DNA of 64,000 bases from Balanoglossus misakiensis (lineage: Eukaryota > Animalia > Hemichordata), in NCBI GenBank assembly GCA_040954595.2, contig CM082593.2:11483477-11547476 (forward strand), read 5' to 3'. Both the position numbers and the translations under genes were made by a program. Shown one piece after another: positions 53,701 through 64,000 of this stretch (the first letter of the stretch is position 1; every line of letters starts with the position of its first letter). The notes beneath the pieces were generated by a model that was not told the DNA's origin, searched no databases, and saw only the letters and a list, made by a program, of their open reading frames with translations.

Positions 53701-56700
53701 ACCTGTGACACCTGCATATCTCATTAATTATGTGCATACCTAATTCCAGGCTAACCAATAGGGCTATAGGTTTGGTTTTTGTTGAACATGGACCAGTATA
53801 GGGTCAAAATTTCTTGCCCAAATTTTGTATGACCTCAGGTGACCTTTGACCTACTTTACCATATCTTGGCATCCAGAGCAGGTACAGACTTGGCGTTTGG
53901 AGGGTTGGGACTAAAATAGAAAAGCCGAAATGGGGGTCACCTGTGACACCTGCATATCTCATTACTTATGTGCATACCTAATTCCAGGCTAACCAATAGG
54001 GCTATAGGTTTGGTTTTTGTTGAACATGGACCAGTATAGGGTCAAAATTTCTTGCCCAAATTTTGTATGACCTCAGGTGACCTTTGACCTACTTTACCAT
54101 ATCTTGGCATCCAGAGCAGGTACAGACTTGGCGTTTGGAGGGTTGGGACTAAAATTGAAAAGACAAAATTTGGGGTCACCTGTGACACCTGCATATCTCA
54201 TTAATTATGTGCATACCTAATTCCAGACTAACCAATAGGGCTATAGGTTTGGTTTTTGTCGGACATGGACTAGTATAGGGTCAAAATTTCTTGCCCAAAT
54301 TTTTGCATGACCTCAGGTGACCTTTGACATATTTTTCCATATCCAGAGCAGATATGCTTATTGCTATGTTGCTATGTGCTATGTTGGCTTGGGCCCGCTA
54401 TTGCTGCTTGCAGCTATATTTTTTCATATTTTTGGACCCAGCCATGGGCCTATACTTTCTATAGTTAAGCTATGACGCTATGTCCACGTCGGCTGTGCAA
54501 TGGTCCTGTACAGTGACTCTCTATTGGCCCGTGAGCAGAATGGCACCACAATAAAAGGCAAAGTTTTGGGATCACCTGTAACACCTGCTTAACTCATTAA
54601 TTATGTGCATACCTAATTCCACGATAACTAATACGGCTAGAGGTTTTGTTCTTGTGGGACATGGACCAGTATGGGATCAAAAATTGTTGCCCAAATTTTG
54701 GGTGACCTCAGGTGACCTTTGACCTACTTTCCTATATCTCGGCATCCACAGCAAGTACAGACTTGGCGTTTGGAGGGTTGTGACTAAAATTGAAAAGACA
54801 AAATTGGGGGCCACCTGTGACACCTGCATATCTCATTAATTATGTGCATACCTAATTCCAGGCTAGCCAATAGGGCTAGAAGTTTGATTTTTGTTGAACA
54901 TGGACCAGTATGGGGTTAACATTTCTTGCCTAATTTTGGGTGACCTCAGGTGACCTTTGACCTAACTTTCTATATCTCGGCATCCAGATCAGGTACAGAC
55001 TTGGCATTTGGAGGGATTGAACTCCCAATGGAGTCTTACACTTTACCTCAAAGTTGGGGGTCACCTGTGGCACCTGCTTATATCATTAATTATGTGCATA
55101 CCTAATTCCAGGCTAGAAAATAGGGCTAGAGGTTTGACTTTTGTTGAACATGGACCAGTATGGGGTTAAAATTTCTTGCCCAATTTTGGGTGACCTCAGG
55201 TGACCTTTGACCTACTTTACCATATCTCGGCATCCACAGCAGATACAGCCTTGGCATTTGGAGGGATGATACTCCTGATGGAGCCTTACACTTTACCTCA
55301 TTAATTATGCGCATATCTAATTCTAGGCGAACCAATAGGGCTAGAGGTCTGGTCTTTGTTGGACCTGGACTAGTATGGGGTCAAAAATTTTTGCCCAACT
55401 TTCGGGCGGCCTCAGGTGACCTTTGACCTACTTTCCTATATCTCGGCATCCAGAACAGGTACAGCTTTTGTGTTTGGATGGATCAAACTATTAATGGAGT
55501 CTTACACTTTACATCATTAATTATGTGCATATCTAATTTAAGACAAACCAATAGGGCTAGAGGTCTGGTTTCTGTTGGACCTGGACTAGTATTGGGATCA
55601 AAACGTTTCGCCCAAATTTTGGGTGACCACATATGACCTTTGACCTTCGGCTTAAGCTTGTGCCCGTCATCGCTGCTTGCAGCTATATTTAGGGCCCAAG
55701 CCCAGCAGGCTTGGGCCCTATTGGTATTACTGGCTTTTTTTAGGGCCCAAGCGCATGCAGCGCTTGGGCCCTATTGGTATTATCCTCTTTTTTAGGGCAC
55801 AAGCCATATTTTTGAACCCAGCCATGGGCCTATACTTTCTATAGTTAAGCTATGACGCTATGTCCATGTCGGCTGTGCATTGGTCCTGTACAGTGACTCT
55901 CTATTGGCCCGTGAGCAGAATGGCACCACAATAAAAGGCAAAGTTTTGGGATCACCTGTAACACCTGCTTAACTCATTAATTATGTGCATACCTAATTCC
56001 AGGCTAACTAATAAGGCTAGAGGTTTTGTTCTTGTGGGACATGGATCAGTATGGCATCAAAAATTTTTGCCCAAATTTTGGGTGACCTCAGGTGACCTTT
56101 GACCTACTTTCCTATATCTCAGCATCCACAGCAGGCACTGACTTGGCGTTTGGAGGGTTGTGACTAAAATTGAAAAGACAAAATTAGGGGTCACCTGTGA
56201 CACCTGCGTAACTCTATTATGTGCATGCGTAATTGTGGGGTCAATGAAAGGGATGCTAGCATGGTATTTGTTGCACATGGATCAATATGAAGTCCGATTT
56301 TCCTGTCAAGTTGTGGGCGACCTTATGTGATATTTCACCTACTTTTGCTTAGTGAATAACAGCAGATGCATGCAGCTTTGGCGTGGTGGGGGGGGGGGGG
56401 GTATACGGATGGGACCATAATGATATACCAAAGGCGGGGTCACCCGTTGCACCTGCCGAAGTCATTGATTTTGTACATTTAATTGGACACTAACCAACAG
56501 GGCGATATGTGTGGTTTTTGTTCCACACGGACGAATGTAAGTGTCAGTTGGTTTTTGCCCAAATGTATAAGGTGATTTGGATGACCTCTGTCGTACAGTG
56601 CCATATCTCAGCACGTTGTGCAGGTGCAGCTTTGGTATTTGGAAGGATGAAACTATCATGAAATGCCAAATACATGGGGATACCTGTGACACCTGCTTGA

Positions 56701-59397
56701 TTTGTGTATTCCGTGCATACCTAATGGTAGGCAAAGTGAAAGGGCTGCAAATGTAGGATTTGTTGCACATGACATAAACAGGAATGAAAATTTTTTGTCA
56801 AATATTTGGTTGACCTCAGGTGTCAATTGACCTGCTTTCCATATGTTAGCATGCAAATCATATATAGCCAGGTGTTTGGAGGGGTAGGGTAGGACCTCTG
56901 CGTCATGAAATGCTAAATTCCTGGGGCCACCTGTAACTTACTTGCGTAACTCATTTTATGGTCATATCTAATTTGACCAACCCAACGGGCAAGGATTTTC
57001 CGTTGTCTTGAATATGAACCAAATTTTTGGTCCAATTTTTGGGTACCCTCAACTGACCTTTGAAGTACTTACTGAAGTACTTACAACGTAGAAGTTCACC
57101 TTTGGTTGTTGTTTTTGTACTTGTACGACATGCATTTCAGGTGGTTGCCTACTTCCCCATATCTCAACATCGAGAGCAAATACAGCCTACGCATTTGAAT
57201 GGTACAACCCTGAATGGAGTCTAATGGTTATTAACTCTATGCTTGGGCCCCTTCAATGCTGCTTGCAGCTTTAATTTTTTTTTTTCTTGTGTAGTTTTTT
57301 TGCTCAGGTAGATCTTGAAAACGGTTGAACCTACAAATCTCAAACTTGGCACAATGGTGCAGGCCTATGAGAGCTGGTGCAGTATCCCTGTGAATGTTTA
57401 ATTAGTCATGTGACCTGATGACCATATATGGGCAAAGTTTTCAAATGGGCCTAATTTGCATATGAATGGAGATATCAAAATTCTTTTAGCGATTTTTGCA
57501 GACCATGTGGTCAGTGTCCTACATGCCAAATGTCAAGGCCGTGGGCCAAGTCTATTTTGAGAAGAAGATTTTTTTATTTTTCATATTTTTGAACCCAGCC
57601 ATGGGCCTATACTTTCTATAGTTAAGCTATGACGCTATGTCCATGTCGGCTGTGCATTGGTCCTGTACAGTGACTCTCTATTGGCCCGTGAGCAGAATGG
57701 CACCACAATAAAAGGCAAAGTTTTGGGATCACCTGTAACACCTGCTTAACTCATTAATTATGTGCATACCTAATTCCAGGCTAACTAATAAGGCTAGAGG
57801 TTTTGTTCTTGTGGGACATGGATCAGTATGGCATCAAAAATTTTTGCCCAAATTTTGGGTGACCTCAGGTGACCTTTGACCTACTTTCCTATATCTCAGC
57901 ATCCACAGCAGGCACTGACTTGGCGTTTGGAGGGTTGTGACTAAAATTGAAAAGACAAAATTAGGGGTCACCTGTGACACCTGCGTAACTCTATTATGTG
58001 CATGCGTAATTGTGGGGTCAATGAAAGGGATGCTAGCATGGTATTTGTTGCACATGGATCAATACGAAGTCAGATTTTCCTGTCAAGTTGTGGGCGACCT
58101 TATGTGATATTTCACCTACTTTTGCTTAGTGAATAACAGCAGATGCATGCAGCTTTGGCGTGGTGGGGGGGGGGGGTACGCGGATGGGACCATAATGATA
58201 TACCAAAGGCGGGGTCACCCGTTGCACCTGCCGAAGTCATTGATTTTGTACATTTAATTGGACACTAACCAACAGGGCGATATGTGTGGTTTTTGTTCCA
58301 CACGGACGAATGTAAGTGTCAGTTGGTTTTTGCCCAAATGTATAAGGTGATTTGGATGACCTCTGTCGTACAGTGCCATATCTCAGCACGTTGTGCAGGT
58401 GCAGCTTTGGTATTTGGAGGGATGAAACTATCATGAAATGCCAAATACATGGGGATACCTGTGACACCTGCTTGATTTGTGTATTCCGTGCATACCTAAT
58501 GGTAGGCAAAGTGAAAGGGCTGCAAATGTAGGATTTGTTGCACATGACATAAACAGGAATGAAAATTTTTTGTCAAATATTTGGTTGACCTCAGGTGTCA
58601 ATTGACCTGCTTTCCATATGTTAGCATGCAAATCATATATAGCCAGGTGTTTGGAGGGGTAGGGTAGGACCTCTGCGTCATGAAATGCTAAATTCCTGGG
58701 GCCACCTGTAACTTACTTGCGTAACTCATTTTATGGTCATATCTAATTTGACCAACCCAACGGGCAAGGATTTTCCGTTGTCTTGAATATGAACCAAATT
58801 TTTGGTCCAATTTTTGGGTACCCTCAACTGACCTTTGAAGTACTTACTGAAGTACTTACAACGTAGAAGTTCACCTTTGGTTGTTGTTTTTGTACTTGTA
58901 CGACATGCATTTCAGGTGGTTGCCTACTTCCCCATATCTCAACATCGAGAGCAAATACAGCCTACGCATTTGAATGGTACAACCCTGAATGGAGTCTAAT
59001 GGTTATTAACTCTATGCTTGGGCCCCTTCAATGCTGCTTGCAGCTTTAATTTTTTTTTCTTGTGTAGTTTTTTTGCTCAGGTAGATCTTGAAAACGGTTG
59101 AACCTACAAATCTCAAACTTGGCACAATGGTGCAGGCCTATGAGAGCTGGTGCAGTATCCCTGTGAATGTTTAATTAGTCATGTGACCTGATGACCATAT
59201 ATGGGCAAAGTTTTCAAATGGGCCTAATTTGCATATGAATGGAGATATCAAAATTCTTTTAGCGATTTTTGCAGACCATGTGGTCAGTGTCCTACATGCC
59301 AAATGTCAAGGCCGTGGGCCAAGTCTATTTTGAGAAGAAGATTTTTTATTTTTCATATTTTTATACCTGGCCATAGGCCTATATTTTTTATAGTTAA
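47743..59397 (+). mobile_element. Nested cluster of AGGGCCC-type HINE-like elements (9 5' heads, 7 3' tails, ~239-bp internal repeats)
   Basis: 5' hairpins AGGGC(C/A)CAAGC...GCTT..GCCCT at 47743, 47793, 48157, 48207, 48256, 49960, 55691 and 55742, plus a truncated head at 55794. 3' ends GCTTG(G/T)GCCC-N7-GCTGCTTGCAGC-T-rich end at ~49959, 51146, 52787, 54420, 55690, 57274 and 59049. (CTT)n tracts open several bodies. Confidence 0.88.
55805..59356 (+). repeat. Near-identical ~1776-bp direct tandem duplication of a HINE body
   Basis: ORF-track pairs 56057/57834 and 56462/58237 (offset 1777, then 1775 after a poly-G length difference). The sequences are near-identical by eye. Confidence 0.92.
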
Positions 59398-59665
59398 AGG
59401 CGCCTAAGCTGCAACGGTTTACACTTAATTTTGCCAAAAATAACCCCCAAATGTCGCTTACATTGTTTGAATCCATACAATTAAGCGGTATACCCTTCAA
59501 CTACCACACTGGGACATCCAGTGCGAAAGAAATTCACGATTTTCGAAAACGCAGCCACGTGACCAGGAACACAAGAAATGCCGCGTCAAACGGAGAACGA
59601 GATCCCGATCTTACTGCGTGATACGGCGTGATGTGAGCGTGACCTTTATTCGCAACTCAACAACA

Positions 59666-61715
59666 ATGGACGCACCATATGAGGTAATGTATGTCCATTT
59701 TGTAAACAAACTCACGTGTTTTCTGCCTCCTCAAACCTCGTTTTTTATTGCTAAATGTTCTTCAGTTCGATGTTTCACTTGAACAAAGATGATATTACTA
59801 CAGTTTTAGGCTTGATCGATCAAATGTCAAGGAACCAGAGCTTGTTATGCTCGTCGCCATACATACGCGTTTATGGCTTACGCTACTCTCGGTCCCATCG
59901 TGGTTCGTGTGGAATACGAGGTGGTTTCGCATATTTTTTACATGACTAGTAATTCGTTTTGAATCTGGATTTACTCAGAAATGTTGTTAGTTTGTAATAT
60001 GGCGTTTGGGTTGTGTAGTTACGATCGTATTCGCGTATTTGTGACATGAGCATCGACCTCTGTGTGTTCCAGTGTTTCACGGCCGTGTATAGCCGGAAAC
60101 ACACATACCTATAGTATGGCTAAATGTGTTTCCGCTGTACGCCCGGGCGGTTCAGTTTAATAGTGAACAATCTTAGTAATATCCGTGAATTTCCGAATCA
60201 TAAGGCAAAACGGACCACTTTCTATTCAAGGCAAAGAACACGTGGCATACAACAAGTGACGTTGTTTGCACTGACTATAACGTTGCTATGGCGATACCAT
60301 AATAAGGACAAACATGCTGTCCTTTTGCTAGGGGATTTAGATTGGATGGAAGTAGAATGGCATGGGAAATTTACTGACGGATTTACCACACTCTTTGTGT
60401 GGATTATTATGGCAAAGGCCACCTTTTTATCAAGTGGCTTAGGGAAAATATCAATGTTATGTTTCTACTCTGCCCACTCTCTGAAAGTTTTCTTGTTCAC
60501 TCATTTTGCAGGCATCTTCTGACAGTTCACAAACTGAATTTCAAACTGAATTTCAAACAAGAGGGAATCAAAGGGGCAGGGTGAGAGGTTCAACAAGAGG
60601 ACAGAGAAGTAGGGGGAGAGGCAGAGGAAGAGGAAGAGGAAGAGGTGATACAAGAGCAGATGAAGCTTTACGAGATGTGCAGGAAAGAAAAAATACTGTT
60701 TGCGTAAGTAAAAATTTGCTTTGATAATAATCGGACATAAACTGACATCAGCTTATAGCCTTCACCGTAATAATAATAATAATAATAATATCTAATTTTC
60801 AGGAAATGTTGCAGAAAATGACGCAAGAACAGATGCATGATCTGTTGTGGCAGGTGGTAGAGAGAGACATCAGTCTAGTGTTTGATTTGGCAGTGCCGTG
60901 TCAGGATAATGAAGAAGGTTACCATCCTAAACCATCAACAAACACTCCAGAATGGTGTATATGTGAAAACTGCAGGCAGATGCCAACACTTCCAGAGAGG
61001 AAATGTTGTGGGAAGCTGCCCGAGTTTTGTATATCTAGATTACCTGTAAGTATGTTTATGAACTGAATGCACAACAGCTTGTTGTCCACATTTTTCAAGA
61101 ACAAAAATCAGCGTACAAGATATGAAGATATTAATTTTCTCTTTTAACCTGATTTTCCCTGCCCATGCTCACGTGTAGGTTCTGAATTTACAATTCAAGG
61201 TAGCGAGTTGACAAAGACATTTGCACCAATGTTTAACTAGAAAAACACCGACACCCCCCCCCCCCCCCCCATTTGGGAGATAAATAGGTGGGATTTGATC
61301 CTGTGATAGTTTGTGCGGGCGTAGTTAGGCATGTGTACATAAAATTCATATTTCAGTGTTTCAAAGGTACAAAAACTTTCAGAAGACTGATATTGCTACA
61401 TTGCAACATTTCTTCGAAAAATATTCATTGAAACAATTCATATTTTCCCAGGATTTCAGAGTCATCTGCTTACATGAAGGGGTATTGGCAGTAGCTCGGG
61501 CCTACAGAATGGATATCATGGCTACTAATGATTTCGATGATTACAATAAGTGCAACAGGCATGCTGCCTACCGCCAGTTTATTTTGTGGCAGCACGGAAA
61601 ACTGGGAGCTGGCAACCGGAAAGTTATCGCGAGCTGTTGTGTTTGGGGTATACGGGATAAATACCCTGACAACTTCGGACAGTACACAGGGTTTATCCCA
61701 ACCCGTTTTGCGTGA
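59666..61715 (+). CDS. KolX-like protein (P2X7 C-terminal ballast/nanor-like Cys-rich domain) with RG-rich N-terminus; 4 exons, ~238 aa
   Basis: Exons 59666-59683 (MDAPYE, tentative), 60512-60703, 60803-61045 and 61452-61715, all phase 0 with GT-AG introns and no stops. Motifs PEWCICENCRQMPTLPERKCC, NRHAAYRQFILWQHGKLGAGNRKVIASCCVWGIRDKYP..GQYTGF resemble the P2X7 ballast. AATAAA at ~61978. Confidence 0.85.
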
Positions 61716-62273
61716 AGTAACAACATGATTTTATTTACAATTTTTTCCTTATATTTTCCACTACCTCATTTTACGCAATTATTGATTTTAAGATCGAAAG
61801 AACTCAGGGTTTATGCAGGGAATGCATAATTTTATTTACATATAAGTACTATTTAGTTTGTTTTACGTTAGCTTATTTTTCTTTCTTTTTTTCTTATTTT
61901 GAATGTTTATTATCTTATTTATTGTGAAAAAAGTGACAACTTTTGTTATGTTTGAAACAGTAATTATGTTTATTGAAAATAAAGTTTCTTTTTAAAATGT
62001 ATATAATTGTTGTTGTTTTTTGGTAAAACAGACTACATCTCTACTAAAAGGTAACTAAATTCATGTAGAATATATCACAGGTTGCATTGACAAGCAGGTA
62101 AGACTTTGTTTCATATCTGACAATGATTATCAGACAATCACTTTCACAGAAAACACAAATATCACTGTTTTAAAGGGGGGAAAAGGCAAAAATTGCTACA
62201 AGATTATATAAATTCTAATTTTGCAACCATTTGAAATAACCATGGTGACTCAAATCACAATTTTCACATTTTA

Positions 62274-62449
62274 AAGCTCATTTGCATAGTTTTGCAGATG
62301 ACAACTTCAGTTGAACAAACTACCATCTACAGCCCGTCCTGCATCTTCACACCAAATATCGAGGTGGTATACCAAGCACTTTCAATTTTTGTTATGTGGA
62401 CAGACATAACCCATTCCATAAGGTCCCACACACACACACGAAATGGGAC
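62274..62449 (-). mobile_element. Diverged 5' fragment of an AGGTCCC-type HINE inside the Kolobok element
   Basis: Aligns with 6741-6979 (AGCT-ATTTGCATA..., CCATCTACAGCCC..CCTGCA..CACCAAATAT.GAGGTG, CCATAAGGTCCCA). Keeps the terminal GTCCCA...TGGGAC stem, with a (CA)n loop. Confidence 0.7.
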
Positions 62450-62468
62450 AGATCAAATACATATCTGA

Positions 62469-63621
62469 TCACACTGATGAGGACTGCCGTCTCGACACAG
62501 TTTCCTGTGCTATCGTTGCCGTTGGTGGTGGAGGTAGGGCCGCCAGGTGAGCAGAAATCCTCCTTGGATCTGTTGCCTCCATAGGTTTTCTTTTCTGCAT
62601 TCCTTCACGGTCTTGTAAACGCCTTTCAAGGATAATTCTCTTGATGTCTGTGATGTGTGGGTAGGTTTTTTTCTCTTTCTCTTGGAAGACACTCCATCTG
62701 TTGCTTTTTTTGTTGAAGCGCCTATGAAGCCTGCATCAAGTATAATGATATGATGTAATTCATTCAAATCTACTTGGAAATGTGTCAATACCTAGATTTT
62801 AAGTGTTAAAATATCTGAACTACTAATTTTTCAATTTGAAGAAAAGAAAGCTATGGTCGTTAATATATTTGAGCACATAATGCTACTAAAGCTGTGAAAA
62901 AAATGGCCAATATAATGACTATACGTGACCCCAAATCGAGTTATTGTGTGTTAAACTAATTAGTTCAATTTCAACTGCAAGTGCAAAGGACATGTTAATT
63001 TTGGCTGATAAGTAGGTACAACACCAATTCACTACTCATAATAAAAAATACATCAGTAGGAAGAACTTACACAACTTCACCATTCTTTTTCCTCTTGACT
63101 GGCCTGTCATTGTGAACATTGTGGTCTATGGCAGCCAGCCTATTCCTCGCTCTGTACACGGGTGGTGTGTACGCATATCTCTTCCCTGCATACATTAAAA
63201 TATGCTGTTGGAATGTCTCTAGTTCTGCAGTACTCCTGAAAAACATGATGCATGGTAAGAGTTAAATTAAACATTCACATACATGCATAGCTTGTTGGCA
63301 AAACTGGTGACCACCAGGAAAGTATAAATAAAATGGATACAATAATAGTCATGTAAACTGGATGTGACTCATGTTGATATTAGTCAAATCATACCTGGGA
63401 AACACTACCATACATACACCAAATACCAAACTGGATATCATGTACCATGATTTTATAAGAAAGACATAAAATTAATTCAACTCCTTACCTAAAGTTAATC
63501 AAGTAATCCACTTTACTGAGGAATTGCTTGTTAAAAACAATTCTGACCAGGGCATTTGGCAGTAGGCAAGTGCCCACGAATGCTCGTTCACCACATGGTG
63601 AACAACACCACACCAAAGTCC
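62469..63621 (-). pseudogene. Kolobok-like DDD/E transposase, last three exons (5' exons not identified in the window), frameshifted
   Basis: Exon 63621-63489 reads GLWCGVVHHVVNEHSWALAYC, then frameshifts to ALVRIVFNKQFLSKVDYLINFR. Exon 63235-63071 reads STAELETFQQHILMYAGKRYAYTPPVYRARNRLAAIDHN.... Exon 62730-62469 reads LHRRFNKKSNRWSV..DPRRISAHLAALPPPPT..*. GT-AG sites and phases fit, except that the 133-nt exon is out of frame. Confidence 0.85.
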
Positions 63622-64000
63622 CTGTAAATAACATGAGAACCGCTTGTTACTGGTATTTTGTTGCAAACTAAGATATGCTGGGATACAGATCTGATAATCT
63701 GCAGTTCCATGTGTTCTCACTAAGCAGGTCAATAGATTTTCATGTGATTAGGAAAAGAAAAAAACAATTTACTTTTCAGTGCGATAATTCAATGTCAACC
63801 AACATTTCTCGCAACTTCACTTGTAGTATATTTTAACAAAACATTGTATTATACCATCATCGATTGACTTGTGAGATTCACAGCTGCAGCCTTGTGAAAA
63901 TTTAGATGAGATTGATGTACAGTAGACAGAATTAATGCATGAGTGATAAGTAGCCCTTGTCTTCAAAAAACATCAAAGGCATACAAATCTCTCCAATGTC

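Larger units (their letters stand above)
59398..64000. mobile_element. Kolobok-type DNA transposon (left part; runs off the window)
   Basis: The HINE body is cut exactly at its TTAA (59394-59397; sister copies read ATAGTTAAGCTATG) and continues AGGCGCC.... It carries a KolX-like gene and a convergent Kolobok-like transposase. A TTAA target, purine-purine terminus and this gene pair are established Kolobok features. Confidence 0.85.

Noticed and set aside
60124-60522. 132-aa ORF
   Set aside because: No recognisable motif, and it lies almost entirely in the predicted first intron of the KolX-like gene.
60806-61715. Host P2X7 receptor gene
   Set aside because: Only the cytoplasmic Cys-rich domain is present, with no transmembrane or ectodomain exons, and it lies inside a TTAA-inserted transposon.
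62510-62788. 92-aa minus-strand ORF from the track
   Set aside because: Wrong frame. The spliced transposase exon (62730-62469) uses a different frame with family-typical motifs.

Overview
Repeat-dominated animal genomic DNA (spliceosomal GT-AG introns and eukaryotic TE families; a marine invertebrate is plausible but is inference). No ordinary host gene is recognisable. 1-44260 is a tandem macrosatellite of about 14 units (about 2.05 kb, some 2.6-2.9 kb). Each unit has an AT-rich half with diverged ~335-bp subrepeats, a poly-C tract, a ~250-bp unique spacer and an array of ~81-bp monomers alternating as A/B dimers. It is interrupted by a non-autonomous Helentron-like (HINE/DINE-1-type) element, a 424-bp TA-flanked fold-back MITE, a BEL/Pao LTR retrotransposon lacking its 3' LTR, and a 5'-truncated CR1/L2-group LINE that itself carries a second HINE copy. 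Next come an unclassified element with ~376-bp repeats and a decayed L1/Tx1-type LINE. An 11.6-kb Russian-doll nest of HINE-like elements (47743-59397) follows, each apparently inserted into T-runs of its relatives. The window ends in a Kolobok-type DNA transposon (TTAA|AGG) with an intact spliced KolX/P2X7-ballast-like gene converging on a frameshifted spliced transposase. The most notable observations are the self-nesting HINE system with paired, co-varying termini and a chimeric HINE that gained new ends past a broken ancestral 3' hairpin.
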